From a virus (Duplodnaviria > Heunggongvirae > Uroviricota > Caudoviricetes), in IMG/VR virus record IMGVR_UViG_2851955134_000009: a stretch of DNA of 64,000 nt; one strand, 5' to 3'. Shown here in pieces: positions 48,937-57,752 of this stretch (the first letter of the stretch is position 1; each line of letters begins with the position of its first letter). Made by a program: the position numbers and the translations under genes. The notes beneath the pieces are model-generated. The model had not been told where the DNA came from. It ran no database searches and saw only the letters and a list, made by a program, of their open reading frames with translations.

Positions 48937-49029
48937 TTTTGTCCCAATATCTATTTACATATCCCATTATTGGGATAATAATCTAACAAATATAAAGCAA
49001 ACATCATTGCACTAAACAAGGAGACAACA
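48937..49029. promoter_or_regulatory. Divergent promoter/operator region between repressor and early operon
   Basis: AT-rich; inverted repeat CCCAATA (48943..48949) / TATTGGG (48968..48974); GGAG RBS before early gene. Confidence 0.45.
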
Positions 49030-49218
49030 ATGACTGCAGACCAGGTCAAAGCTCATTTCCGTCGCAATGGGATCACTTTTACCCAGTGGGCAAAACAGAA
49101 CAACTACACCAGAGCGGAGGTTTACCGCGTACTGAATGGCCAGGTAAAAGCGAACTACGGCAAAGCCCATGAAATCGCTGTCAAGCTGGGATTAAAAACC
49201 ATCACTGACGCCGCTTAA
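49030..49218 (+). CDS. Ner/Cro-like small DNA-binding protein
   Basis: 62 aa, first early gene; HTH-like NYTRAEVYRVLNGQ. Confidence 0.55.
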   Translation: MTADQVKAHFRRNGITFTQWAKQNNYTRAEVYRVLNGQVKANYGKAHEIAVKLGLKTITDAA

Positions 49219-49271
49219 AAAGATACAGCATACGAAAAAGATTATCACATATTGAAAAAAGAGGTGTGCAG

Positions 49272-49580
49272 ATGAGTAAGACGAATGTTTCAAGCTCCGG
49301 CAGTCGCATCCTCCGGGTACTAAAAGCGCTGCGTGGTCATGCTCTGAACGGTATTTCCAACGGTGAACTGGCAGCAGCACTGCACGAGTCACCGGCGAAC
49401 ATCAACCGGGCACTCAACACCCTCATTGAAGAAGGGCTGGCTCTGAAACTGGAGAACGGACGTTTCGCACCGGGCATTCAGTTGCTGCAGATCGCCATGG
49501 CCCACAGTAACGAGATGGCACGTGCACAGGATCGTATTAACGAAATTAACCAACGTGTTATTTCAGGAAGTCGTTTGTAA
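49272..49580 (+). CDS. Hypothetical DNA-binding protein
   Basis: ATG at 49272 with GAGG RBS; 102 aa. Confidence 0.5.
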   Translation: MSKTNVSSSGSRILRVLKALRGHALNGISNGELAAALHESPANINRALNTLIEEGLALKLENGRFAPGIQLLQIAMAHSNEMARAQDRINEINQRVISGSRL

Positions 49581-49590
49581 GGAGTAATCA

Positions 49591-50508
49591 ATGGGACGCA
49601 CCAAATCACCGGTTAGCACTGAACTGAACGTCGAGGTACCGCTGTCGGATGATCTCAATGTCAGTCTGAACGCCATGACACAGCATCGCATGGAAATCAT
49701 GCAACAGTTCGGCGATGGTCTGCCCTATGAGCGCGATCGTGTTGTCCATGAGGCACGCTTTTATATGGCACAGAGCGCTGAGGCCATGCTGGAGGCAGGT
49801 AAACGGCTAATAATCCTTAAGGAAAATGAACCACACGGGGAGTTTATAAAGATTCTTGAAAGTGAGTTGGGGCTGGCATACCGGACATCTGTGAGAATGA
49901 TGCAGGCATCGACAAAATACTTATCCCCGGCGCTGAAACCAAATGTGCCAACGTTGGCACATTTGGGAAAAGCCAAACTTTTCGAATTAATGACAGAAGA
50001 CGACGAAGAGCTTGCCGAACTGGCCGACGGCGGTACGGTTGCCGGCCTGACGCTTGACGATGTTGATCGCATGTCAGTACGTGAACTTCGTCAGGCCCTG
50101 CGCGAAGCGCGCGAAACCAATGCAGCACAACAGCGTGTTCTAGCCGACAAAAATGAAAAAATCGACTCACTCTCCACCAGGCTGGAGAAAAAATCCCGTA
50201 TTCAACCGCCTGAGCCTGATGAAGAGGTGAAGAAGCTGCGGGCGGAAGTGACCGCATTAGCGGTTGAGGCGGAATCTGCCATCGCCGTCCGGCTCTCCGG
50301 TGCCTTTGAAACCCTGTGTGAATACTGCAGTAAAAACATGATTGATACCCCCAGAGATTTCATGGCCGGTCTGGTCTGCCAGATTGAACGCAGTGTTCAT
50401 GCATTGCGTGAGACGTTCGACCTTGATGCCGCACCATCGGGTAACGATGTCCCCGCATGGCTGACCGAACCGGAGCCTGAAATCAACCGACCGGAGGGCA
50501 TGCGTTAA
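49591..50508 (+). CDS. Hypothetical early protein
   Basis: 305 aa, acidic, coiled-coil segment. Confidence 0.55.
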   Translation: MGRTKSPVSTELNVEVPLSDDLNVSLNAMTQHRMEIMQQFGDGLPYERDRVVHEARFYMAQSAEAMLEAGKRLIILKENEPHGEFIKILESELGLAYRTSVRMMQASTKYLSPALKPNVPTLAHLGKAKLFELMTEDDEELAELADGGTVAGLTLDDVDRMSVRELRQALREARETNAAQQRVLADKNEKIDSLSTRLEKKSRIQPPEPDEEVKKLRAEVTALAVEAESAIAVRLSGAFETLCEYCSKNMIDTPRDFMAGLVCQIERSVHALRETFDLDAAPSGNDVPAWLTEPEPEINRPEGMR

Positions 50509-50825
50509 TGAACACGAATAATACACAAAATATCCTGATGGACAGCCCGGAAGCACTGGGGCACGCACTGTGTAATCTGCTGCCGGAGATGGTGCAGGGT
50601 TTCCGCGTGGTGACACCTTCCGGTGAAATCTGCGTACCCGCACAGGAGGCGCATCCGTTTGTACTGACGATGGAAGTGATGCTGATGCAGCAGATAAGAC
50701 GTCTGCAGCATCAGTCAGCATTGCGCCCGGCAGTTGCGCCGCAACCGGTAAATAACGTGGTGAAAACCTGCGATGGCGAAACCCTGCGCGACCGTGCCAG
50801 AAAAATTGCCGCCAGAATCGGATAA
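50508..50825 (+). CDS. Hypothetical protein
   Basis: 105 aa; TAATG overlap. Confidence 0.45.
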   Translation: MNTNNTQNILMDSPEALGHALCNLLPEMVQGFRVVTPSGEICVPAQEAHPFVLTMEVMLMQQIRRLQHQSALRPAVAPQPVNNVVKTCDGETLRDRARKIAARIG

Positions 50826-50840
50826 CAGGGAAGACAAGCT

Positions 50841-52610
50841 ATGACCCCGGCACTGACTGAAAAACTTGTTGAAACAGCCCGCGCGGCACGTAATGCGGGG
50901 CATGGTAAACGCGGTGCAATATACGACGCTGCCTGTGCTGAACTTGGCATGTCCCGCGCCACTCTGCTGCGCAGGCTGAAGGAGGTCTCTGTGACTGATA
51001 AACGCAAAAAACGCGCCGATGCCGGACGCAGCACCCTGACCCGCGACGAAGCCGCGCTGATATCTGCCACACTACGTGAGGCCACCCGCAAGAACGGTAA
51101 GCGTCTCTATTCCATCGCGGATGCAGTGGAAACCCTGCGGGCTAACGGCTTTATCTCCGCAGGCAGAACAGATGAAACCACCGGTGAGTTTTTCCCGTTG
51201 TCCGAAGATGCCATCAGTCGTGCCCTGCGTAACTATGGCCTGCACCCGGAACAACTGGATGCCCCTGCACCGCATACCGAAGTGGCCAGTCTGCACCCCA
51301 ATCATGTCTGGCAGATTGACGCCTCACTCTGCACGCTTTACTACCTGAGCAATGGACATAAAGGGCTGCAGGTGATGGACAGCGCGAAATTCTACAAAAA
51401 CAAGCCCGCTAACCTTGCCCGTATCGCCAGTGACCGCGTGTGGAGTTACGAGATTACCGACCATGCCAGCGGCTGGATTTACGTTGAGTATGTGACGGGT
51501 GCGGAATCCGGTGAGAACCTGTGTTCTGTGCTTATCAACGCCATGCAGGAGCGTGGCGGCGCAGACGTGCTGCACGGCGTGCCAAAAATACTCTATCTCG
51601 ACCCCGGCTCGGCAAACACCGCGGGTATGACGAAAAACATGTGCCGCTCACTGGGCATCGACCTGATAGCGCACAAGCCGCATAACGCCCGCGCCACCGG
51701 ACAGGTGGAAAAGGCGCGTGACATTATCGAACGCAAGCTGGAGCCGGGTCTGAAGTTCCGGCCGGTTCACAGTCTGGAAGAACTCAACGCGCTGGCCGCG
51801 AAATGGCGCAGCCACTTTAACGCCACGGCTGTTCACAGCCGCCACGGTAAAACCCGCACGGATATCTGGCTGAAGATTACTGCTGAGCAGCTGAAAAAAG
51901 CGCCTTCCGTTGAGGTATGTCGTGAACTGGCTGTGGCGGCACCAGAACTCCGCAAAGTCACGCCAAAACTTCGTGTCTCGTTCCGGGGCACTGAATTTGA
52001 CGTATCAACGGTACCGGGCGTACTGGTCGGTGAAAAACTGATGATTACCCGTAACCCGTGGCGCAGCGATGTGGCACAGGTGGTTCTGACCGGTGAGGAC
52101 GGCCACGAGACGTTCTTCCTGGTCGAAGAGGTCAGAAAGAACGAGTTTGGCTTTGCTGAAGGCGCGGCGGTATTTGGCGAAAGTTACAAAGCCCTGCCGG
52201 AAACCCCGGCGCAGATGGCGGCAAAAGAAACCGAAGCGCTGGTCACCGGTACAGACAACGCCGCAGATGCAGCTGCCGCACGCAAGGCGAAGGCGCTGCC
52301 GTTCGGCGGGCGGCTTGACCCGTATAAACATATTGATGACGCCACACTTCCGGCCTGTATACCGAAGCGTGGTCAGGCCTCTGACGTACGCGGACCGCGC
52401 ACTGAACAGCGTCCCATGACTCATGTGGAGGCCGCGAAAGCCCTGCGCGGGAAGTTTAGCGCAAACGGCCTGACCTGGACGCCGGAACATTACCGCCAGT
52501 TAACAGCACAGTACCCGGACGGCGTACCGGAAGCCGCACTGGATGAAGTCATGGCCACGCTGACCACGCCGGCCCGCAGCAGCGTTATCAGCATTGTTAA
52601 CGGCAACTGA
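50841..52610 (+). CDS. DDE transposase (retroviral-integrase-type core), transposable-phage A-like
   Basis: 589 aa; N-terminal HTH; core with HVWQIDAS, YLDPGSANT and downstream E; followed by AAA+ partner. Confidence 0.8.
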   Translation: MTPALTEKLVETARAARNAGHGKRGAIYDAACAELGMSRATLLRRLKEVSVTDKRKKRADAGRSTLTRDEAALISATLREATRKNGKRLYSIADAVETLRANGFISAGRTDETTGEFFPLSEDAISRALRNYGLHPEQLDAPAPHTEVASLHPNHVWQIDASLCTLYYLSNGHKGLQVMDSAKFYKNKPANLARIASDRVWSYEITDHASGWIYVEYVTGAESGENLCSVLINAMQERGGADVLHGVPKILYLDPGSANTAGMTKNMCRSLGIDLIAHKPHNARATGQVEKARDIIERKLEPGLKFRPVHSLEELNALAAKWRSHFNATAVHSRHGKTRTDIWLKITAEQLKKAPSVEVCRELAVAAPELRKVTPKLRVSFRGTEFDVSTVPGVLVGEKLMITRNPWRSDVAQVVLTGEDGHETFFLVEEVRKNEFGFAEGAAVFGESYKALPETPAQMAAKETEALVTGTDNAADAAAARKAKALPFGGRLDPYKHIDDATLPACIPKRGQASDVRGPRTEQRPMTHVEAAKALRGKFSANGLTWTPEHYRQLTAQYPDGVPEAALDEVMATLTTPARSSVISIVNGN

Positions 52611-52620
52611 GGAGGGAAAC

Positions 52621-53787
52621 ATGCTGGTACTGAAGCAGCAACTGAAAGAGGCCCGTATTCCACAGGCGGTGGCGGCGAGAGCTGTCGATGTTTCTGAGGC
52701 CACGCTGGCCCAGATTGTGAATCATAACGCGTGGCCCCGCACCAGCCCCGGAGAAGTGCGCCGGCGTCTTGCGTCCTGGCTGGAAAGTCAGGGGATTGAT
52801 ACAACGAAGAGTTTTGATGCTGTACAGGGCGCGGCCACGCCCCGTACAGCGGGTACCACAGATAAAACGAGCCTCAGTGAGGAAGAGAATATGTTACTCA
52901 AAAAACAGGTGTTATTTCCAGCAACCAAAAAAGCGTTTGGTCTTTTCCGTGACCCGTTCGCCGATGAAGCCATGCAGGGTTCTGATGATGTGTTCACCAC
53001 CCCGGACATTCGCTACGTGCGTGAGGCGCTGTACCAGACAGCCCGTCATGGTGGGTTTATGGCCGTCATCGGTGAGTCCGGTGCGGGTAAATCCACGCTG
53101 CGCCGCGACCTGACTGAACGTATTAACCGCGAGAATGCGCCGGTAATTGTTATCGAGCCATACATCATCGCTATGGAAGACAACGATGTGAAAGGGAAAA
53201 CCCTGAAGGCAGCAGCTATTGCCGAAGCCATTATCAGTACCATCGCACCACTGGAAAGCATCAGACGCAGTCAGGACGCCCGCTTTCGCCAGTTGCATCG
53301 CGTCCTGAAAGACAGCAGCCAGGCGGGGTTCAGCCACGTTCTGGTGATTGAGGAGGCCCACAGTCTGCCCATTCCGACACTGAAACACCTCAAACGCTTT
53401 TTTGAGCTGGAGTCCGGTTTCAAAAAACTGCTGTCCATCGTGCTGATTGGCCAGCCGGAACTGGCGACAAAACTGTCTGAACGCAATATGGAAGTCCGTG
53501 AAGTCGTTCAGCGCTGTGAGGTGGTCGAACTTCTGCCTCTGGACAATAACCTTGAAGAATTTCTGACGTTCAAACTGCAACGGGCCGGTAAACAACTGAC
53601 GGACATTATGGACGCCAGCGCAGTGGATGCCATACGTGCCCGCCTGAGCAATCCGGGAAGTCATCGTAAAAATATGGTCAGCCTGCTGTATCCGCTGGCC
53701 GTCAGTAACCTGGTAATAGCCGCCATGAATCTGGCCGCTGAAATCGGGGTTCCACAGGTCAACGCTGACGTTGTCAAAGGAGTTTAA
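52621..53787 (+). CDS. AAA+ ATPase transposition helper (Mu B-like)
   Basis: 388 aa; N-terminal HTH; Walker A GESGAGKST; Walker B VLVIEEAH. Confidence 0.8.
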   Translation: MLVLKQQLKEARIPQAVAARAVDVSEATLAQIVNHNAWPRTSPGEVRRRLASWLESQGIDTTKSFDAVQGAATPRTAGTTDKTSLSEEENMLLKKQVLFPATKKAFGLFRDPFADEAMQGSDDVFTTPDIRYVREALYQTARHGGFMAVIGESGAGKSTLRRDLTERINRENAPVIVIEPYIIAMEDNDVKGKTLKAAAIAEAIISTIAPLESIRRSQDARFRQLHRVLKDSSQAGFSHVLVIEEAHSLPIPTLKHLKRFFELESGFKKLLSIVLIGQPELATKLSERNMEVREVVQRCEVVELLPLDNNLEEFLTFKLQRAGKQLTDIMDASAVDAIRARLSNPGSHRKNMVSLLYPLAVSNLVIAAMNLAAEIGVPQVNADVVKGV

Positions 53788-53789
53788 TA

Positions 53790-54059
53790 ATGAAATCCAC
53801 CACAGGTATCAACCAGCAAATCAGCAAAGTGCAGTCAGCCATTATGGCGCTTAAGGCGACGAACACGGATGTACAAAGCATCACCATCAGGGGTAACAAA
53901 CCTGTCATCCGCGTTTCCCGGAGTGCGCATTGCATGCGCATGCTTGAGCAGGGAAAGGCCTGTTATCTGTATACCGGACATGACCACAGGGGATATTTCC
54001 GTCAGGGCGTTTTCGAACTGCACGGCTGTCGCGTCGTGTGGCCGGAATCTTTGTGGTAA
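53790..54059 (+). CDS. Hypothetical protein
   Basis: 89-aa ORF directly after the ATPase gene. Confidence 0.45.
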   Translation: MKSTTGINQQISKVQSAIMALKATNTDVQSITIRGNKPVIRVSRSAHCMRMLEQGKACYLYTGHDHRGYFRQGVFELHGCRVVWPESLW

Positions 54060-54086
54060 TCAGCACAACCGGAGAAATCATAAAAT

Positions 54087-54617
54087 ATGGCAAAAAGTAC
54101 AAAAGGGGCAAAACGTATCAAGGCCGCAGCGGCACTCTGGGTACCAGGGACACGCGAAGAGGTCATTGAGGGAATCAGACTACTCGGTGACGCACAACGT
54201 GAACTGGTCAGGGCTGAAACAGAAATGAATGACGCCATTGGCGATATCACCGCACGTTATGCCCCGCTCACCGAGAGCCTGAAAAAACGCATGGCCGAAC
54301 TGCAGTCCGGTATCCAGACATGGTGTGAGGCGCACCGTGATGAACTGACCGGCAACGGGAAGGTGAAGTTCGCTAACCTTACCACCGGCGAGGTGCAGTG
54401 GCGAAACCGTCCGCCATCAGTCAGTATCCGTGGGGCGGATAATGTTATTGAATTACTGAGACGTCTGGGGCTTGAGCGCTTTATTCGTGTAAAAGAGGAA
54501 ATAAATAAAGACGCTATCCTGAATGAAAAAGAGGCCGTGAAAAATATTCCCGGTATTTCCATTAAAAGCGACATTGAGGATTTTTCAATAATTCCTTTTG
54601 AGCAGGATGTGCAGTAA
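54087..54617 (+). CDS. gam: Gam-like host-nuclease inhibitor
   Basis: 176 aa; strong similarity to Mu Gam as recalled (RIKAAAA...TEMNDAI...WCEANRDELT...SIRG...FIR.K.EINK.AIL...SDIEDFSIIPFEQ). Confidence 0.85.
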   Translation: MAKSTKGAKRIKAAAALWVPGTREEVIEGIRLLGDAQRELVRAETEMNDAIGDITARYAPLTESLKKRMAELQSGIQTWCEAHRDELTGNGKVKFANLTTGEVQWRNRPPSVSIRGADNVIELLRRLGLERFIRVKEEINKDAILNEKEAVKNIPGISIKSDIEDFSIIPFEQDVQ

Positions 54618-54714
54618 ACACACCACGTTAATTATTTAATAAAAACATTTTCTTTTTTATTCCGGCGTCAGCGCCGCGGGCTTCTGCACGCCGGAAACAG
54701 AGGAGAATTAAATC

Positions 54715-54909
54715 ATGATATTTAAATGTATTCAGTGCGAGAGGGATATAACAGCCCTGCGTTTTCACAGCGCCATCGCCGTGATGTCCGGTAAATACCA
54801 CATCCCTGCGGTACGCGTCACCCTGGTCTGCCCGTACTGCAGCCAGCATTTTTCGGCGGACGTGCCCGTCATGGAATTCTCCCGCCCTGACAGGGAGGAC
54901 GCGCAATGA
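54715..54909 (+). CDS. Small zinc-ribbon protein
   Basis: 64 aa with CxxC (CIQC) and CxxC (CPYC); GAGGAG RBS. Confidence 0.5.
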   Translation: MIFKCIQCERDITALRFHSAIAVMSGKYHIPAVRVTLVCPYCSQHFSADVPVMEFSRPDREDAQ

Positions 54910-55178
54910 TTACCCCACAGGAAGCACGACAGCGCACCCGAACCCTTGTTGAACACTATGTCAACGAGTGTGAATGCCGCAACCTCACCGATGTGAAGCA
55001 CGTCCTGACGGCACTAATCAGTATGGCCGCTCAGGCCATTGTGGCAACCAACGGAAAGGCGGCTGCCCTGCAGGTACTGGTGAACACACTCACCCACACG
55101 GCAGAGCATGAGGTGCCGTACCGGATGGAAACCACTGCAGAAGGCGGCCTGCACATCACCGTCAGCCGGAAGCACTGA
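54906..55178 (+). CDS. Hypothetical protein
   Basis: 90 aa, ATGA overlap. Confidence 0.45.
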   Translation: MITPQEARQRTRTLVEHYVNECECRNLTDVKHVLTALISMAAQAIVATNGKAAALQVLVNTLTHTAEHEVPYRMETTAEGGLHITVSRKH

Positions 55179-55187
55179 GGGCGCGGC

Positions 55188-55484
55188 ATGACACGGAACA
55201 CCATACTCACCCGCACCGCCCTCTACCGTCTGGCCCTGCAGCGTTTCGGGCCGGACGCACAGGCCCTGAAACTGACAGAAGAGGCCGCTGAACTGGCGGC
55301 CAGTGCTGCCCGCAATCTGAACGGACAGGGCAGCGAAAGTGACCTCGCGGCAGAGCTGGCAGACGTGGAAATCATGACAGAGCAATTGCGCCTTCAGGGA
55401 ATGGACCGGCTGATTGACTTCCACAAACAGAAAAAACTGGAACGTCTGGCTGCACGACTGGGCGTGATTTACACGAACGAGTAA
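55188..55484 (+). CDS. MazG-like nucleotide pyrophosphohydrolase domain protein (tentative)
   Basis: 98 aa with paired acidic helices KLTEEAAELA ... AELADVEIM typical of the MazG/NTP-PPase fold. Confidence 0.45.
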   Translation: MTRNTILTRTALYRLALQRFGPDAQALKLTEEAAELAASAARNLNGQGSESDLAAELADVEIMTEQLRLQGMDRLIDFHKQKKLERLAARLGVIYTNE

Positions 55485-55498
55485 CCGGGAGGCATTCA

Positions 55499-55714
55499 AT
55501 GGCTGACATACTCAGGGAAATCACCGCATGGACACTGATTCTTACTGGCCTGGCGACATGCCTCAGTGCGGGAGCAGCCCTGGCTGCCCTGCTGATGCAC
55601 ATAACAACACAGTGGTTATGGGAAAAGCTTAAAGCAGCATACAGCCTGAAAGAGCTGTCCGACGCTGTCCGGGCATGGAAACGGCAGAAAAATACCGGAG
55701 ATACAGAACAATGA
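55499..55714 (+). CDS. Small membrane protein
   Basis: 71 aa, one TM helix. Confidence 0.45.
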   Translation: MADILREITAWTLILTGLATCLSAGAALAALLMHITTQWLWEKLKAAYSLKELSDAVRAWKRQKNTGDTEQ

Positions 55715-56394
55715 CAGACCAGAATAAACACATTGAGAAACTGAAAAAGTTGCTGGCGCTGGCCGCATCCGGCAACCCGCACGAGGCCGCTCTGGCACTG
55801 CGCCGAGCCCGTAAACTGATGGATGTTCACGGCATCACACATTCCGACATTGCTATGAGTGATATTGATGAAACCATCAGTCATTACTGGCCGACAGGCA
55901 GTCTCCGTCCACCGCGCTACATGCTGGGCCTGATGAACATCATCCGCGAGGCATTTGGTGTTAACTCCATCATTCACCCCGGCACGCATCCGTCTGTGGG
56001 GTTCTACGGTAACCGGGAACGAGCGGCACTGGCTGCGTACACCTGGGAAGTGCTGGTCCGCCAACTGAAAAAGGCGCGTCAGCAGTATATCAGCGCACAG
56101 AACAAAAGAATAAAAAACGCCACCCGTACCAGCCGTGGAGACCAGTTTGCTGAAGGCTGGGTACTGGCCGTTATCAGTGAAATACAGTCCTTTGCCCTGA
56201 CCGATGATGAGCGTGAACTGATGCAACAGTGGCTGGAACATAAATACCCGCAAACGCAAACCACCAGGGCGCGTAAACCGGGAAGAAGCCGCAATGGCGA
56301 CGTCTCGCGCTATGCGGGGTTTCGTGAAGGGCAGAACGTCAGACTGCACCGCCCGGTCAGTGGGCAGGAACAGCAGAAACTGGAGGCCAGATGA
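55711..56394 (+). CDS. Hypothetical protein (DUF2786-like N-terminus)
   Basis: ATG at 55711 (ATGA overlap); N-terminal KLKKLLALAASGNPHEAA motif. Confidence 0.5.
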   Translation: MTDQNKHIEKLKKLLALAASGNPHEAALALRRARKLMDVHGITHSDIAMSDIDETISHYWPTGSLRPPRYMLGLMNIIREAFGVNSIIHPGTHPSVGFYGNRERAALAAYTWEVLVRQLKKARQQYISAQNKRIKNATRTSRGDQFAEGWVLAVISEIQSFALTDDERELMQQWLEHKYPQTQTTRARKPGRSRNGDVSRYAGFREGQNVRLHRPVSGQEQQKLEAR

Positions 56395-56621
56395 TTACGT
56401 TATCAGGTAACAGCCGGAAATTAAAAGCCTGCCGAATATCTCCCAGATACCTTTTTGCCCGCGCCTTTTTTAAGAACGTCAGGCCGGGGATCACAATTGG
56501 TGTTATTGCCGGACGCGAACAGGTTGAAAAATACATGTCAGGTGCATGGTGGAATAAAGACCCTGTCATTGCTGCCCGTAATATTCATATCAGTTGGGGG
56601 GATATTCAGAATGACTGCTGA
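56391..56621 (+). CDS. Hypothetical protein
   Basis: 76 aa, ATGA overlap. Confidence 0.35.
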   Translation: MITLSGNSRKLKACRISPRYLFARAFFKNVRPGITIGVIAGREQVEKYMSGAWWNKDPVIAARNIHISWGDIQNDC

Positions 56622-56826
56622 ATCTGTTGTATGTGCCCTGTTCTGGTATTGTTTTGTCGGTTGGTGTACTGCTGAACTGCACCGCCGTTCAGGGTTTTAT
56701 TCACGTTACAGTGGTGCCGGTTACTGGATTAGCTGGTCGGTGATGTTCCTGTGCTGGCCTGTGGCATTTCCTTTATATGTCTATTATATCAGTGATGCAG
56801 GCAGAAGGAGCAACGATGATGACTAA
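56611..56826 (+). CDS. Small membrane protein
   Basis: Internal ATG at 56611 with G-rich RBS; two TM helices. Confidence 0.4.
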   Translation: MTAESVVCALFWYCFVGWCTAELHRRSGFYSRYSGAGYWISWSVMFLCWPVAFPLYVYYISDAGRRSNDDD

Positions 56827-57268
56827 ACAACGTCTTATCCAGCTTATCCATATTGCCCGTAATGAACTGGGTATGGATGAAGACACCTACCGCCAGATGT
56901 TACAGGGGCTGACCGGTAAAGCCTCAACCAAAGGAATGGATACCACACAACTAAACTGCGTGCTGGAATCCATGAAAAAGAAAGGCTTTCGCGTTAAACC
57001 AGCCAGAAAAGCCAGCTCCGGTTTACCGCTGGATAACCATCCGCAGTCCAGGAAAATTCGTGCGCTATGGCTTGAAATGGCTGCTGCCGGCATTGTTCGT
57101 GACCGTTCAGAAAATGCATTAGCGAGGTGGATCAAGCGGGAAACGGGCATCAGCGCCCTGCGCTGGCTCAGTACTGAACAGGCAGGCAGTGTTATTGAGA
57201 AACTGAAGAAGTGGCAGCACAGAGCTGCGGGAGTAAAACATGAGCGACCTGAATCAGTTTCGAAGTAA
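56816..57268 (+). CDS. gemA: GemA-like regulatory protein (Mu gp16 family)
   Basis: 150 aa; MTKQRLIQLIHIARNELGMDEDTYRQML...; AGGAG RBS. Confidence 0.65.
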   Translation: MMTKQRLIQLIHIARNELGMDEDTYRQMLQGLTGKASTKGMDTTQLNCVLESMKKKGFRVKPARKASSGLPLDNHPQSRKIRALWLEMAAAGIVRDRSENALARWIKRETGISALRWLSTEQAGSVIEKLKKWQHRAAGVKHERPESVSK

Positions 57269-57638
57269 AGGGCCGGAACTCCTGGTGGAACTGGCACAGC
57301 ATACCTCTGAGACCGTTCGCGAGATTATTGATATTGAGCCCGCAATTGCCGACCAGATTGGTCAGGCCGTCGCGAACCGCATGATGCAGGTCTGGGGCGG
57401 GCAAAACGTTTATTTCCCGATGGGCATGGTATGGAAGGTCAGTCAGCGCGACCGGGAAATCTTCAGGGAGTTTAACGGACGTAACCACCATGAACTGGCC
57501 CGCAAATTTGGTGTTTCGCTTCAGTGGGTCTACAGCGTGGTTAAGCGGGTAAGAAAAGAAGAACTGGATCGGATGCAGGGCAGGTTGTTTGATGAAGATC
57601 TGCCAGAGGAGACGAAAGACGTTAACAAATCCAGATAA
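57240..57638 (+). CDS. mor: Mor-like middle-operon transcriptional activator
   Basis: 132 aa; C-terminal HTH (ELARKFGVSLQWVYSVVKR); position after gemA as in Mu. Confidence 0.65.
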   Translation: MSDLNQFRSKGPELLVELAQHTSETVREIIDIEPAIADQIGQAVANRMMQVWGGQNVYFPMGMVWKVSQRDREIFREFNGRNHHELARKFGVSLQWVYSVVKRVRKEELDRMQGRLFDEDLPEETKDVNKSR

Positions 57639-57682
57639 TTCCTGCTTGTTAAAGTCCTTTCAAAAATCTCCTTATTGTATAA

Positions 57683-57714
57683 AAGCACGGTAGACCCCTT
57701 ACCGTGCTTTTTTT
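57683..57714 (+). terminator. Rho-independent terminator ending the early operon
   Basis: Perfect 10-bp stem AAGCACGGTA/TACCGTGCTT, 7-nt loop, followed by T7. Confidence 0.8.
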
Positions 57715-57752
57715 ATGCTCTCTCTTTAGTATTCAGGATGCAGGGAGAAAAT

